Of a stretch of DNA of 64,000 nt, positions 27,171 to 38,022 are shown piece after piece. Below the pieces are notes generated by a model. It was not told where the DNA came from, did not search any database, and worked only from the letters and a program-made list of their open reading frames with translations. Source of the stretch: Candidatus Bruticola sp. (GTDB taxonomy: Bacteria; Vulcanimicrobiota; Xenobia; Xenobiales; Xenobiaceae); NCBI GenBank assembly GCA_051874735.1, contig JBJEGD010000016.1:73250-137249 (forward strand), given 5' to 3'. The stretch's first letter is position 1; each line of letters starts with the position of its first letter. The position numbers and the translations under genes are program-made.

Positions 27171-29033
27171 ATGGCCAAGAATCGTACGGCTTTTGTCTGT
27201 CAGGAATGCGGAGCTAAGTTTCTGCGTTGGCAGGGTCAGTGTAGTGAATGCGGTGCTTGGAATACTTTAGAAGAAGAAAAAATTTTGCCTGATAAGCGCA
27301 AATCTATGGGCATGGTGTTAAATTTAGCAGGGCAGAATGAGCCTGTATGCTTAAGTCAAGTCTCTGCTGAAGAAGATCCCCGCTTTTGTACTGGTATTGC
27401 TGAGTTAGATCAAGTTTTAGGTGGAGGTTTAGTGCGCGGATCGGTGGTTCTTTTAGGTGGACCTCCCGGAATAGGCAAATCTACTCTGCTTCTGCAGGCA
27501 GCCAGCAATGTTGGTACATCTAAATTTCCAGTTTTGTATGTTAGTGGTGAAGAGTCGCCCCGCCAAATAAAACTTAGGGCTCAGCGGTTAGGAGTACAGA
27601 CCGATCATATAACTGTTTATGCTGAAACGTCTCTAGAAGCGGTTGAAAATTTGCTAACTAAGTTGACTCCTCGTTTGGTTATAATCGATTCTATCCAAAC
27701 TATGTTCCGCAGTGATCTCGATTCTGCTCCTGGAAGCGTCGCTCAAGTTCGAGAATGCGCTGCTTCTTTAATGCGTTTAGCTAAAAGCAGCGGCTCAGCT
27801 ATTATTTTAGTAGGTCATGTTACTAAAGGTGGAGAGATTGCCGGCCCGCGCGTTTTAGAACATTTGGTTGATACCGTCTTAAGTTTTGAAAGTTATGGAC
27901 TGCACAATATAAGGGCCCTGCGAGCAGTAAAAAATCGTTTTGGTAATACCCAGGAAACTGGTTTCTTTTCTATGGAAGCAGAAGGACTTCAATCTATTCC
28001 CGATGCTTCATCTTTTTTCTTAGATCAGAGGGCCCAAAATATTACAGGGTCGCTTATTTTTCCTTCGTTAGAGGGCACACGTCCAGTTTTAGTAGAAGTT
28101 CAAGCTTTAGTCTCAGACAGCTATGCCGCCCAGCTAGGAGTGCCGCCCACTCGTCGATCGGTAGGAGTAGATCTTAATCGTTTAGGATTGTTGTTAGCCG
28201 TTTTGCAGAAACGTCGGCCTCAGTTAGGACTGAGCAAATGTGATATTTATATTAATGTAGCTGGCGGTATGCGCCTTAATGAGCCAGCCCTCGATTTGCC
28301 TTTACTTTTAGCTATCGCCTCTAGCCGTGCTAATTTAGTTATTCCTGCTGATTGGGCCGCTTTAGGAGAGGTCGGACTGGGAGGAGAAGTCCGTGCTGTC
28401 AGCGGTTTGGAGCTGCGATTAAATGAATTATGTAAAATGGGTTTTCGCTGCTGTTTGGTGCCTTCCAGGTCACTCAATTTAAAAGATCGCCGTTTCAAAA
28501 TAAATCTTGTTGGTCATTTGCCTAAGGATATCGGTTCTCGTCCTTGCTTAGAAAAAGCGGTTGAACCTAATGAAGAAGACGTTATAGGCGAGCTTACTTT
28601 GGGGCCACCTTTAAATGATGACGAGTTAGCTGCCTTAGAAACAGATTTTCAGACTGCGAATTTTAGATCAGTCCAAGCTAATCCGAAAGCTTCGGAAACA
28701 GAGCTCTGTTCCCATAGTAAAATTGATAAAGATAGTAAATTTGCGCAGTTGCGTCAGATATTTCAAATGAAAACTGCCGGGGAACTGTCCTCTTCAGTTA
28801 TTCCCAAACCGATTCCTGCTGAGCGGACTTGCAGCGAATCTTCTAGTGTTGTAAGTAAAATATTACCATCTAATACAGAAATAAACGAAATAAATAATGA
28901 TAAAAATTATGAACTCCATATAATTCCTGTAGACAATCTACAGCAAGCTCTTTATTTATTAGGTATTAAAAATAAATATAAGGACAAACGTTACCCTAAA
29001 AAAGACAACGAAACTTTCGAATCGGAAATGTAA
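27171..29033 (+). CDS. radA: DNA repair protein RadA/Sms with C-terminal insertion
   Basis: CQECG...CSECGAWN zinc finger, GPPGIGKS, KNRFG, Lon-like GEVGLGGEVR. Confidence 0.96.
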   Translation: MAKNRTAFVCQECGAKFLRWQGQCSECGAWNTLEEEKILPDKRKSMGMVLNLAGQNEPVCLSQVSAEEDPRFCTGIAELDQVLGGGLVRGSVVLLGGPPGIGKSTLLLQAASNVGTSKFPVLYVSGEESPRQIKLRAQRLGVQTDHITVYAETSLEAVENLLTKLTPRLVIIDSIQTMFRSDLDSAPGSVAQVRECAASLMRLAKSSGSAIILVGHVTKGGEIAGPRVLEHLVDTVLSFESYGLHNIRALRAVKNRFGNTQETGFFSMEAEGLQSIPDASSFFLDQRAQNITGSLIFPSLEGTRPVLVEVQALVSDSYAAQLGVPPTRRSVGVDLNRLGLLLAVLQKRRPQLGLSKCDIYINVAGGMRLNEPALDLPLLLAIASSRANLVIPADWAALGEVGLGGEVRAVSGLELRLNELCKMGFRCCLVPSRSLNLKDRRFKINLVGHLPKDIGSRPCLEKAVEPNEEDVIGELTLGPPLNDDELAALETDFQTANFRSVQANPKASETELCSHSKIDKDSKFAQLRQIFQMKTAGELSSSVIPKPIPAERTCSESSSVVSKILPSNTEINEINNDKNYELHIIPVDNLQQALYLLGIKNKYKDKRYPKKDNETFESEM

Positions 29034-29056
29034 TTTAGGCAAGGAGTCACTTTAAT

Positions 29057-30343
29057 ATGAAAGTATTGCATACTTCTGATTGGCATTTAGGTATAGAGTT
29101 TTATGAACAAGATCGCAGTTCTGAATTTAAACAGTTTTTAGACTGGTTAATTAACACTATTGAACAAGAACGGATAGAAGTGCTTTTAATCGCCGGAGAT
29201 GTCTTTGACACTTATCACCCTTCTGCTGAAGCTATGAGGTTATATTACGATTTTTTGGCTAATCTTCACAGTCGGGTTAAACAATGCAGTGTAGTTATTA
29301 TCTCTGGCAATCACGATTCGGCTGCTAGTTTAAATTCTGCTAAAAATATTTTAGAACGTTTCAGAGTGCATATCGTTTCTGGCAAGCCTAGCAATATAAA
29401 TGACGAGCTAGTTATATTAAAAGATGAAGAGGGGCAGCCGAAACTTTTGGTCTGTGCAGTACCTTATCTGCGTCGGGGAGATATAAACTTTGACAGTCGC
29501 AATTTGAGCAGCGCAGAAGAAAGCCAAGAATTTTTGTCTGCCTATGCAGAGCATTATAAGGCAGTCAAAAAAGCGGCTGAAAAAAAACTATCGGAAATGG
29601 CTGTAGATATTCCTATAATTTATATGGGCCATTTGTTTGTGCTTGGTTGTCAGTTAAGTGACAAAGAGCGTGCCCTGCCTGTGGGCAATTTAGAAGCTGT
29701 ACATAATTTAGGTATTGAAGATAAGGCCGATTATATAGCCTTAGGCCATTTACATATCTCTCAAAAGGTAGGCGGACTGGAAAAATGTTGCTACAGCGGC
29801 TCTCCCTTACATTTTAGCAAATCTGAAATTGATCGTCCTGAGGCGAAAAATGAATCGATAAGTTCTAGCCAATCCCCTAAATCTGTCATTAAGCTTGAAT
29901 TTACCGGTAAAAATCTTTTTGTAACAGAAATTAAAATACCTGTCTTCCGCGATATCGTTATTTTGCATAGCAGTAACAAAGATAATATTATGAAACTGTT
30001 AAATACAGAATTAGATGAAGCAATAAAAAAAGACGCCGAAAGATGGGTGCTCATAGATTATAGCGGACCTTACGAAACTAATTCAAATTTATACGACGAA
30101 TTGAAGAAAAAGACTGTCGGTAGCAAAGTTAAAATTTTGAGTTTCCAAGATCGGGAATTTATTAAAAAGTTACAAGAATCCCATACCCTCAGGAGTAACA
30201 AGAATTTTGAAGATATTAAGCCTGAGGAAGTTTTTGATTGCTTAATTAGCTGTAAATTAGACAGTAGTAAGCAGGAGCTAAAAAACTGGATGAAAGAGCG
30301 CTGTTTGGAACTTTACTACGAACTGGAACACGAACAGAAATAG
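29057..30343 (+). CDS. sbcD: Nuclease SbcD (Mre11-like)
   Basis: HTSDWHLG, AGDVFD, GNHD, ALGHLH, YSGSP. Confidence 0.95.
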   Translation: MKVLHTSDWHLGIEFYEQDRSSEFKQFLDWLINTIEQERIEVLLIAGDVFDTYHPSAEAMRLYYDFLANLHSRVKQCSVVIISGNHDSAASLNSAKNILERFRVHIVSGKPSNINDELVILKDEEGQPKLLVCAVPYLRRGDINFDSRNLSSAEESQEFLSAYAEHYKAVKKAAEKKLSEMAVDIPIIYMGHLFVLGCQLSDKERALPVGNLEAVHNLGIEDKADYIALGHLHISQKVGGLEKCCYSGSPLHFSKSEIDRPEAKNESISSSQSPKSVIKLEFTGKNLFVTEIKIPVFRDIVILHSSNKDNIMKLLNTELDEAIKKDAERWVLIDYSGPYETNSNLYDELKKKTVGSKVKILSFQDREFIKKLQESHTLRSNKNFEDIKPEEVFDCLISCKLDSSKQELKNWMKERCLELYYELEHEQK

Positions 30344-30383
30344 TTGTTTTTTATAGCTGTATTTTGTAGGGGAAAGTAAAAAT

Positions 30384-33300
30384 ATGAAGATACATAAATT
30401 AATTATTGAAAATATTAATTGTATAGTTGGTAAATGGGAAATAGATTTTGACAATTCTGATTTCGCCGGGCAGAAAATTTTTGCTGTTACTGGTCCAGTC
30501 GGTTCGGGCAAAAGCACCGTCTTAGACAGTATTTGTCTTGCTCTTTATGGAGAAACTTCTCGATGTGCTCCCAATACTAAATGTGGTACAGAGAATGTCG
30601 TTAATATAAAACAGAATATCGGCCGGGCTGAAATTATGTTTACCGTAGACGATACGACCTACATTAGTTCCTGGAGCCAGAAAAAAAATGGGACTGTAAA
30701 TATGTCTTTGAAGAAGCGGTCCAAAGACAGTTCCGAATTTGTTCTGGAATCGGATAAAGTAACTGGCACTAAAAGCAGAATAGAAAAAATTTTTGGTATG
30801 AAATTTAAGCAGTTTACTCAGGCTATTCTGCTGGCTCAAGGGGAATTCCGACGCTTCTTTTCAGCGAGTGCTAAAGAAAGAGCTGAACTTTTAGGGAATA
30901 TAACTGGCAAGTTACTTTATCAGAAATTACCAGCAGAAGCAGACAAAAAATTTAAAGAGATTAAGCAACAGGTTGAAGAACTAGAGAGACAGAGTAACGA
31001 CCCTAATATGCTTAATGAAGAGGTTTGGCGGGAAAATCAGGATAAAATCAACACTTGTCAAGCGAGAAATAATGAGTTAGAAGAACAATTAAACATTTGG
31101 GCTGAACAGTTAAAGGTTGTATCTACTTGTAAAGATGCCCGAAATAATTTGCTCAAAGCTGAAGCGGATCTACGGTCCTGTCAAATAATTAGGCAGGAAG
31201 CCGCCCCTCAATTTGTTCTTTTAGAGATGGCTGAGCGGGCTGATAGGGCTAAAGTTGAATACTCTCAGTACGTAGATAGTAAAAAACGTTTAGAGCAGTG
31301 TAAGGGCGTTTATCTTGATTGTCAGAATAAAATGGAAATTAAAGAGGCTGAGTATAGGCAGGCTGTCAAAAATGAACAGATTTGTGAAAGTTACAAGCGC
31401 CTTTGGCATGACAGTTTTTTACAGGTCAAACAGATATGCACCGTATCAGCTGACGAGGCCCGCACTTTAGAGAGTTTGAGACAAGAATCTGCCGCTTCAT
31501 TGCAAAGAAAAATTAAACTGGAGAATATAAATCAAAACAATAGTAAATCTATAAATGAATCTAATCTTAAAATTGAGCGCCTGCGCAGCGATTTAAGGGA
31601 AGAAGCTCATCAACTTTACAATGTAATTTGCTCTGTTGACCGTCAGGCCGCTCTTTTTTTGCAGCAAGAAGAAGATAACCTCCAAAATATAGAGTCTGAG
31701 ATTGAAAAGCACAGTCGTTTGGGGCAGATGAAAGCTGCTGAACTTGACAGTTTCCTGCAAGGTCAGACTGAAGCTCAGTTTTTGAGCCGTGAAAATGGTC
31801 TTTTGCAGGCTAAAGAAAATTGGAATGAGCTTCAAAGCGAATTTAGTCGGCTAGTTGAGCTGATAGGGCAAATTAGACAAGTCAGTTCTGATTTAGCCGA
31901 TAATAAGTGCGCCTGCGATGCTAAGTTGGAGCAAAAACTTCAGCAGCAGAAAATTTTAGAGCAGAAGAGAGCTGAACTTAACGCGGCTGTACTGCGTTGG
32001 GAAAAAGCTCGGGATATCGACGAATTAGCTAAATATCGCCATTTTTTGTTGGAAAGAGGCGGAGCTTGCCCTTTGTGCGGTGCTGAGGAACATCCTTATT
32101 TAGCCAATTCTAAATTTGATGAACAGTACCGCGCTGATTTGGAATGTGCCGCTGAGCAAAAATATCAATTAGAGCAGACGGTGCAAAATATTGAAAGTTT
32201 ATGTCAAGAGTTAGCTCGACAGGTTGATCTATTTGAGGCGGCACGTGGCAATTTATTGAGCAATTTTAAGGAAAAGAGTCGAACCGTTCAAGCTTATATA
32301 TCCAAACTTAGCCGTATTATGGAAAATACTTCGGAGCTTTGTTCTGCTTGGAAAGAATTGCAGAAAGCGGTCGTTAATTTAGCACAGGGGGTATCTTCAG
32401 ATATCTGTAAGTTAGAGTCATCTCAGGTTGGGCTGCTGTGCAAGGCGGCTGATGATTGTGGCAAACAGGTAGGTAATAAAGTTACTCAGGCCAACCAAAT
32501 GTGGCAGAGTTTCTCTGAAAACCGCCATAAGTTGGCCATACTTAAAGATGAAAAGAGCCAACTTGACTCAATTGTTTTCACTTATAAAGAAAATTTGGGT
32601 AAGCGTCGCAATCTTAAGAGCAGAGTCGGCGAAATGCTGCACAGGCTGCAGGAAAAATATAGTCAGTATGAATCTATAATGGAAACTGAAACTGCCTCAT
32701 CTACCTGTAAATCGGCTGAGGTGGTCGATAATTCAACCGAGGAATTAGATGGCGCTACAATTGCTGAGTCTTTGAGTGAATGTCTGCGCCAATTAGATCA
32801 GTTTGAAACAATACGCTGTCAATGTAACGATCAAGTTCTCAATTTGAAACATGATATAATCCGCTGTGAGGAAAATATCCGTCAAAATAACGAGGATATG
32901 GCTGTTATTGAGGATAGCTTAAATCGTATTAACAGCCAAGGTTTTGAGCTGAGCGATAAGCTTAAGGCGGAACTTGATAAACTTGTTGTAGTATGGTCGG
33001 AAAGTTGCAGCAAGTCTGGCTTAAATGAGAATTTACCTCAGTTGGAGTCTAAAGTTTCTCAAGCCGTTTTTACTTCTGTTTTAGATAAATTTAGCAGTCA
33101 GAAAGATTATTTTGAGTCCCAATTTAATGAAAGCAGATATAAGCTGAGTAAGTCGGAAGCTGAAATGAAAAGGGCTCAAGATAATTTGCAGGAAGCTGAG
33201 CGAAGTTGTCAGGAGGCTGAGTATCAAAAACAAGTTAAGTTTAGTACGTTTGAGGACAAACTTTCAGAATTAGGTTTTGATAATGAAGCGGTATGGCAAA

Positions 33301-34232
33301 ATAGTCGCTTGGCTGATGAGGTTCAAATATCAGAACTGCACCATCGCCTTCAAGAAATAGACAGCAAACTCATAAAAGCTCAAGCCAACTGGGAGATGGC
33401 GTCCCATAAATCGCAACAAGCTGATATGGCCGTCAAAAACATTGATGATTCCCCAGAAGCTCTGGAGAATAAAATCGCTGAGGGTAAACGGGAAGCCAAG
33501 CAAATACAGCAGGAAATAGGGGCTATTTCACTAGTTTTGGAGCTTCATGACAAAGCTAAAACTAAGAAAATGAGCTTAGCTGGTGAACTTAATAGAGCTA
33601 ACAAAGAGTTAGCGAAGTGGAAACTTCTGTGCAATGTATTAGGTTCAATTAATGGAAACGATTTAAATAAGTTCGTACAAAGTCTGACCTTCAGAATTTT
33701 ATTAGCTAAAACTAACGAGCGGTTGCAGGATTTTACCGATCGTTATGAATTGCAGGTACAAGCTGATAATAGCATTGCAGAAGAACAGTCGTCTGAAGAG
33801 GGACAAATATACGACCAAAGTTTAGATTTCGAAGTGATTGATAAATATCAATCAGCAGTGAGAGGTTCAGGAAATCTTTCTGGAGGCGAATCTTTCTTAG
33901 TTAGTCTGTCTATGGCTTTGGCTCTTTCCGATTTAGCTTCCACAAGGAGAGACCTTAATTCTCTGTTTCTTGATGAGGGTTTTGGCACTCTCGATTCAGA
34001 AACTTTAAGTGTGGTGTTGTCCGCTTTAGATAAGCTGGGTAGTTCCGATAAAATGATCGGTTTAGTTTCTCATGTAGCGGAAGTTAAAGATAATATTGCT
34101 GTACAGTTGGAGCTGGAGCGCAGCGGCGATGGTACAAGCAGACTAGTTGGCCACAATATGAAGGTATGTCTCTTGCATTCAGCAGATAGCGTTGATAAGA
34201 AAGCGCGCAGCTCTAGTAAAAAACGCAAGTAA
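30384..34232 (+). CDS. sbcC: SMC-like ATPase SbcC (Rad50-like)
   Basis: GPVGSGKS, AQGEF, zinc hook CPLCG, LSGGE, FLDEGFG, VSH. Confidence 0.95.
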   Translation: MKIHKLIIENINCIVGKWEIDFDNSDFAGQKIFAVTGPVGSGKSTVLDSICLALYGETSRCAPNTKCGTENVVNIKQNIGRAEIMFTVDDTTYISSWSQKKNGTVNMSLKKRSKDSSEFVLESDKVTGTKSRIEKIFGMKFKQFTQAILLAQGEFRRFFSASAKERAELLGNITGKLLYQKLPAEADKKFKEIKQQVEELERQSNDPNMLNEEVWRENQDKINTCQARNNELEEQLNIWAEQLKVVSTCKDARNNLLKAEADLRSCQIIRQEAAPQFVLLEMAERADRAKVEYSQYVDSKKRLEQCKGVYLDCQNKMEIKEAEYRQAVKNEQICESYKRLWHDSFLQVKQICTVSADEARTLESLRQESAASLQRKIKLENINQNNSKSINESNLKIERLRSDLREEAHQLYNVICSVDRQAALFLQQEEDNLQNIESEIEKHSRLGQMKAAELDSFLQGQTEAQFLSRENGLLQAKENWNELQSEFSRLVELIGQIRQVSSDLADNKCACDAKLEQKLQQQKILEQKRAELNAAVLRWEKARDIDELAKYRHFLLERGGACPLCGAEEHPYLANSKFDEQYRADLECAAEQKYQLEQTVQNIESLCQELARQVDLFEAARGNLLSNFKEKSRTVQAYISKLSRIMENTSELCSAWKELQKAVVNLAQGVSSDICKLESSQVGLLCKAADDCGKQVGNKVTQANQMWQSFSENRHKLAILKDEKSQLDSIVFTYKENLGKRRNLKSRVGEMLHRLQEKYSQYESIMETETASSTCKSAEVVDNSTEELDGATIAESLSECLRQLDQFETIRCQCNDQVLNLKHDIIRCEENIRQNNEDMAVIEDSLNRINSQGFELSDKLKAELDKLVVVWSESCSKSGLNENLPQLESKVSQAVFTSVLDKFSSQKDYFESQFNESRYKLSKSEAEMKRAQDNLQEAERSCQEAEYQKQVKFSTFEDKLSELGFDNEAVWQNSRLADEVQISELHHRLQEIDSKLIKAQANWEMASHKSQQADMAVKNIDDSPEALENKIAEGKREAKQIQQEIGAISLVLELHDKAKTKKMSLAGELNRANKELAKWKLLCNVLGSINGNDLNKFVQSLTFRILLAKTNERLQDFTDRYELQVQADNSIAEEQSSEEGQIYDQSLDFEVIDKYQSAVRGSGNLSGGESFLVSLSMALALSDLASTRRDLNSLFLDEGFGTLDSETLSVVLSALDKLGSSDKMIGLVSHVAEVKDNIAVQLELERSGDGTSRLVGHNMKVCLLHSADSVDKKARSSSKKRK

Positions 34233-34298
34233 AGTTATCGCTCCAGCGCCAGGTGCTGCCCCTTGCCGGAGACGTCACTTAGTTGTAGACTGTTTAAC

Positions 34299-36011
34299 GT
34301 GTCTTGGAATCTGATTAAACGAGCTGATCAATATAAAGTTCGGGAGACCGTTTTAAAGCGTTCAACCGCAGGTGGCGATGTGCGCATTGCCTTAGGATAT
34401 CCTAATACCTACGAAGTGGGTATGTCTAATTTGGGTATGCAGGTTGTTTACGCTATACTCAACAGTATACCGGGCGTAGTGTGTGAGCGCTTTTTTCTTC
34501 CTGATAATCAGGAAATGGAGCTTTACGGCCGCAGCGGACGGCGTCTTTTCACTTTGGAAAGTCAGCGTCCTATAAGCGAATTTCAGATTGTGGCCTTTAC
34601 TATCGCTTTTGAACCCGACTACGTCAATATCGCCAAAATTTTTGATTTAGCTGGTCTGCCTTTTGCAGCTGAAGATAGAATAAAATGTGATAACTGCCCG
34701 CTTGTTTTAGCTGGTGGGGCCGTTTCTCTGTTGAATCCTGAACCTGTAGCTAACTTTATAGATGTTTTCTGCTTAGGAGAAGCAGAAAACTTTTTGCCTA
34801 AATTTATTGAAATTTATCGTTGTTGGCAGAAGCACAGCACTTCTAAAAGTAAGCTTTTAGAAATGCTGTGCTCGCTGCGAGGTGCTTATATCCCTTCTTT
34901 TTGGTGCGATTGCTACGATAGTCAGGGACACTTTCAAGCGTGTAATCCTCGCTGCGGAGTTCCGAATAATCAAATAGAACGTCTCCATTTGACGCCCAAG
35001 GAATACGGAGCAAGCTGTCAGCATTCTCAGATATTGACTGAGAATACTGAGCTGGGGTATTCAGGGCTGGTGGAAATTTCCCGAGGTTGTGCTTTTAACT
35101 GTCGATTTTGTACCGTTGGCTTTTCTTATCCTAAAATACGTTGGAAGCCTTTAGAAAAAATTTGGGCTGCTGTCGAAGAACTTCGCCAATATACGGATAA
35201 AGTCGGTCTTATTTCAGCTACGGCCGGCACCTATCCCCATATAAACGAATTATGCCAGCGCCTTATAGCTGGCAAAATATCCGTTGCTTTTTCTTCATTG
35301 CGGGTGGACAGTCTGCCTGATTGTATGCTCCAAGCTTTAGCCGCTGGCGGTTCAAAAACTATTACTTTGGCTCCTGAGGTTGGATCTGATGCTTTGCGCC
35401 GTGTGGCCAATAAGCGTTTTACTGACGCCCAGTATTTAGCTGCGGCTGAAAGAGCGTTTGCAGCGGGAATGATTAACTTGCGCATGTATTCTATGGTTGG
35501 CTTGCCGGGGGAACGAGAGGAACATTTGCAGGCTTTAGTCGATTTAGCTGCCGATACTAGGCGCTTGCAGATAAAAATGGGGCGGGGAGTGGGGCGCATA
35601 ACTCTATCTACTGGGCAGCTTATTCCCAAGCCTTTCACTCCGTTTCAGTGGAATTCAGTTTTAGAAAGAAACAAGGCCGCTAAGGCGATCCATTATTTGG
35701 AGCGCGGGGTCAAACGCATAGGAGGGGTTGAATTTGCAGGAGAATCACCAAAACAGGCTATGATTCAAGCTTTATTGGCCAGAGGAGATCGCCGTTTTTC
35801 ACAGGTTATATCTCGAGTTTACCAAAATCCTTCCTTTAGTGCCTGGATTAAAGCTTGTCAAGAAGAAGGTATAGACATTAAGTATGAATTATACCGGAAG
35901 CGTTCAGTTTCAAATGAGGTTATGCCTTGGAGTCACCTTACACCTTCAGGGTGTTTAGAACGTCTGCGCCGCGATGAGGAATTAACCGGACGTGCTGTGG
36001 CGGCGCTTTAA
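34299..36011 (+). CDS. Radical SAM protein (YPNTY-type N-terminal domain; function unknown)
   Basis: YPNTYEVGMSNLG, RGCAFNCRFC, SSLRVD, IPKPFTPFQW; start uncertain (34263 or 34299). Confidence 0.85.
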   Translation: MSWNLIKRADQYKVRETVLKRSTAGGDVRIALGYPNTYEVGMSNLGMQVVYAILNSIPGVVCERFFLPDNQEMELYGRSGRRLFTLESQRPISEFQIVAFTIAFEPDYVNIAKIFDLAGLPFAAEDRIKCDNCPLVLAGGAVSLLNPEPVANFIDVFCLGEAENFLPKFIEIYRCWQKHSTSKSKLLEMLCSLRGAYIPSFWCDCYDSQGHFQACNPRCGVPNNQIERLHLTPKEYGASCQHSQILTENTELGYSGLVEISRGCAFNCRFCTVGFSYPKIRWKPLEKIWAAVEELRQYTDKVGLISATAGTYPHINELCQRLIAGKISVAFSSLRVDSLPDCMLQALAAGGSKTITLAPEVGSDALRRVANKRFTDAQYLAAAERAFAAGMINLRMYSMVGLPGEREEHLQALVDLAADTRRLQIKMGRGVGRITLSTGQLIPKPFTPFQWNSVLERNKAAKAIHYLERGVKRIGGVEFAGESPKQAMIQALLARGDRRFSQVISRVYQNPSFSAWIKACQEEGIDIKYELYRKRSVSNEVMPWSHLTPSGCLERLRRDEELTGRAVAAL

Positions 36012-36041
36012 ACGTATTTCTATAAAGTAAAAGGAAAAAGT

Positions 36042-36992
36042 ATGTATAAGGTAATTTCTCGCCATATTGAGTCTATGCCCTCCAGATATATGTGTATTAA
36101 CGAATTCAGTCCAGCTTATATTGATCTGTTGGGCAGACGTCCTCTGCAAGCAAATCTTAATATTGTCAAAATGGAGAAGGAGCGTTCTGAGACTTGCGAC
36201 GGAGAGCCTGAACATTGGTTTGACCCCTTCGATTTAACTTATCTTACTTTTCCTAATATTAATATTCCCCATGCAGTTTCAACCCGTCAAGGAGGTGTAA
36301 GTTCTGGCGCCTACTGCGGACTGAATATAGGATTTACTACTGAAGACAATCCTGACGACGTAGAAGAAAATCGGCGCCGTTTCCACTATGCGTCTGGGGT
36401 ACCGTTATCAGCTGTATTAGCTATGGTTCACGGCATAGAAGTTGTTAAAGTTGACGGTCCAGTAAATAGCTTAACTCTAGGAGATGCCTGTATTACTGAT
36501 AAAAAAGGTCAACCTATGATGATTACTACCGCTGATTGTGTGCCAGTTGTGCTTTACGATCCTGTTCATCGAGCTGTGGGGTTAGCTCATGCTGGTTGGA
36601 GAGGCACTGTCGAGCGTATAGCTTCTGTTACGGTTAAAAGTATGGCTTCCTATTTTGGCAGTCGTCCGGAAGATATTCAGGCTGGTATAGGCCCTTCGAT
36701 AGGCCCTTGCTGCTTTGAAGTGGGCCAAGATGTGGCTCAGCAGTTTGCAGACTCCTTTGCTGACAGTCCTTATCGGAAGGATATAAACTTGTTCGGGCGA
36801 AGAAATGAGGATATTGGTTGTCGTGTCGATTTATGGCTGGCCAATTTAGCTGCTTTGCATGAAGCAGGTATTAAAGCTGAAAATATTTGCCTTAGCAATG
36901 TCTGTTCTGTTTGTCAGGACAGTTTGTGTTTCTCCTACAGGCGCGATAAACGGGTGACTGGCCGTATGGCTTCGGCTGTAATTCTGCCGTAG
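36042..36992 (+). CDS. pgeF: PgeF/YfiH peptidoglycan editing factor (purine nucleoside phosphorylase family)
   Basis: STRQGGVS, VHG, TADCVPV, HAGWRG, GPSIGPCCFEVG, FSYRR. Confidence 0.93.
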   Translation: MYKVISRHIESMPSRYMCINEFSPAYIDLLGRRPLQANLNIVKMEKERSETCDGEPEHWFDPFDLTYLTFPNINIPHAVSTRQGGVSSGAYCGLNIGFTTEDNPDDVEENRRRFHYASGVPLSAVLAMVHGIEVVKVDGPVNSLTLGDACITDKKGQPMMITTADCVPVVLYDPVHRAVGLAHAGWRGTVERIASVTVKSMASYFGSRPEDIQAGIGPSIGPCCFEVGQDVAQQFADSFADSPYRKDINLFGRRNEDIGCRVDLWLANLAALHEAGIKAENICLSNVCSVCQDSLCFSYRRDKRVTGRMASAVILP

Positions 36993-37272
36993 CTCCTTTG
37001 TGTGGAAGTCGGCGGCGCTGCCGTTGTAAAGAGAACCTTTTGAGAAGTGCAGCTTATGTTTGGCTTTTTACAGGGTATAATGTAAGCGGTTTTTGCTGTT
37101 GTAAGGTTGGTGGGGCGGTATCATTGCTGCGCTGCAGATAATGATCACGGCGTGTAGAACAGTTTAATTTCAGGCGCATAGCTTGTACATATTCTGTTTT
37201 ATTAAAGGTGCAGTTTCGCATCGTAGGAGCTGCCTCTGTTTTATGTCCGCATGGGAGGAGCGCGTTTTTTGT

Positions 37273-37974
37273 ATGGCTAAGGAACTGATTCTGGTAGTTG
37301 ACGATGAGGCCAATATTGTTTCACTCTTGAGGTACAATTTAGAGCAGCAGGGGTTCGAAGTTATTTGCGCCAGCGACGGCAATGAAGCCATAAATTTAGC
37401 GCGTCGTGAACATCCCGATCTTATTCTCTTAGATATTATGCTGCCTGGTCTTACCGGAACAGATGTAACCCGCGCTATACGCAAAGAGAGTAAAACTCCC
37501 ATTATCATGGTCACAGCTAAGGGAGAAGAAATAGATAAAGTGCTCGGTTTAGAAATGGGCGCCGACGATTATGTTACTAAGCCTTTTTCTCCCAGAGAAC
37601 TGGTGGCCCGCATTAAAGCGGTGTTGCGCCGCACTTCCGATCATTCGGAAGAAAAAGATGAAATAACTTTCGACAAGTTAAGTATCAATTTGGTTAAACA
37701 TGAAGTTCGCAAAAACGGACAGATCGTAGAGCTTAAGCCTAAAGAGTTCGATTTGTTGCGTCTGATGGCCACTAACCCTGGCAAGGTTTATACGCGCGAT
37801 TTCCTCTTAGAGCAGTTGTGGGGGTACGATTATTTAGGCGATACGCGTACTGTCGACGTGCATATGCGCCGTTTGCGTCAAAAAATAGAAGACGATCCTT
37901 CTAATCCTAAACAGCTTAAGACTGTTCATGGGATCGGCTATAAGTTCCAGCACGACGATAACAATGAAGAGTAA
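37273..37974 (+). CDS. OmpR/PhoB/WalR-family response regulator
   Basis: VVDDE, LLDIMLP, MVTA, TKPF, RTVDVH.RRLRQK, TVHGIGY; GGAGG RBS before ATG 37273. Confidence 0.95.
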   Translation: MAKELILVVDDEANIVSLLRYNLEQQGFEVICASDGNEAINLARREHPDLILLDIMLPGLTGTDVTRAIRKESKTPIIMVTAKGEEIDKVLGLEMGADDYVTKPFSPRELVARIKAVLRRTSDHSEEKDEITFDKLSINLVKHEVRKNGQIVELKPKEFDLLRLMATNPGKVYTRDFLLEQLWGYDYLGDTRTVDVHMRRLRQKIEDDPSNPKQLKTVHGIGYKFQHDDNNEE

Positions 37975-38022
37975 AACTTATAAGTTTACTTTTTAGCTTA
38001 AAAGATTGCGAGAAATAAGTAT

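Noticed and set aside
28480-28905. Intein in RadA
   Set aside because: No block A context, no His-Asn terminus and no LAGLIDADG motif
37183-37272. N-terminal extension of the response regulator in the ORF track
   Set aside because: GGAGG precedes ATG 37273, where the receiver domain begins
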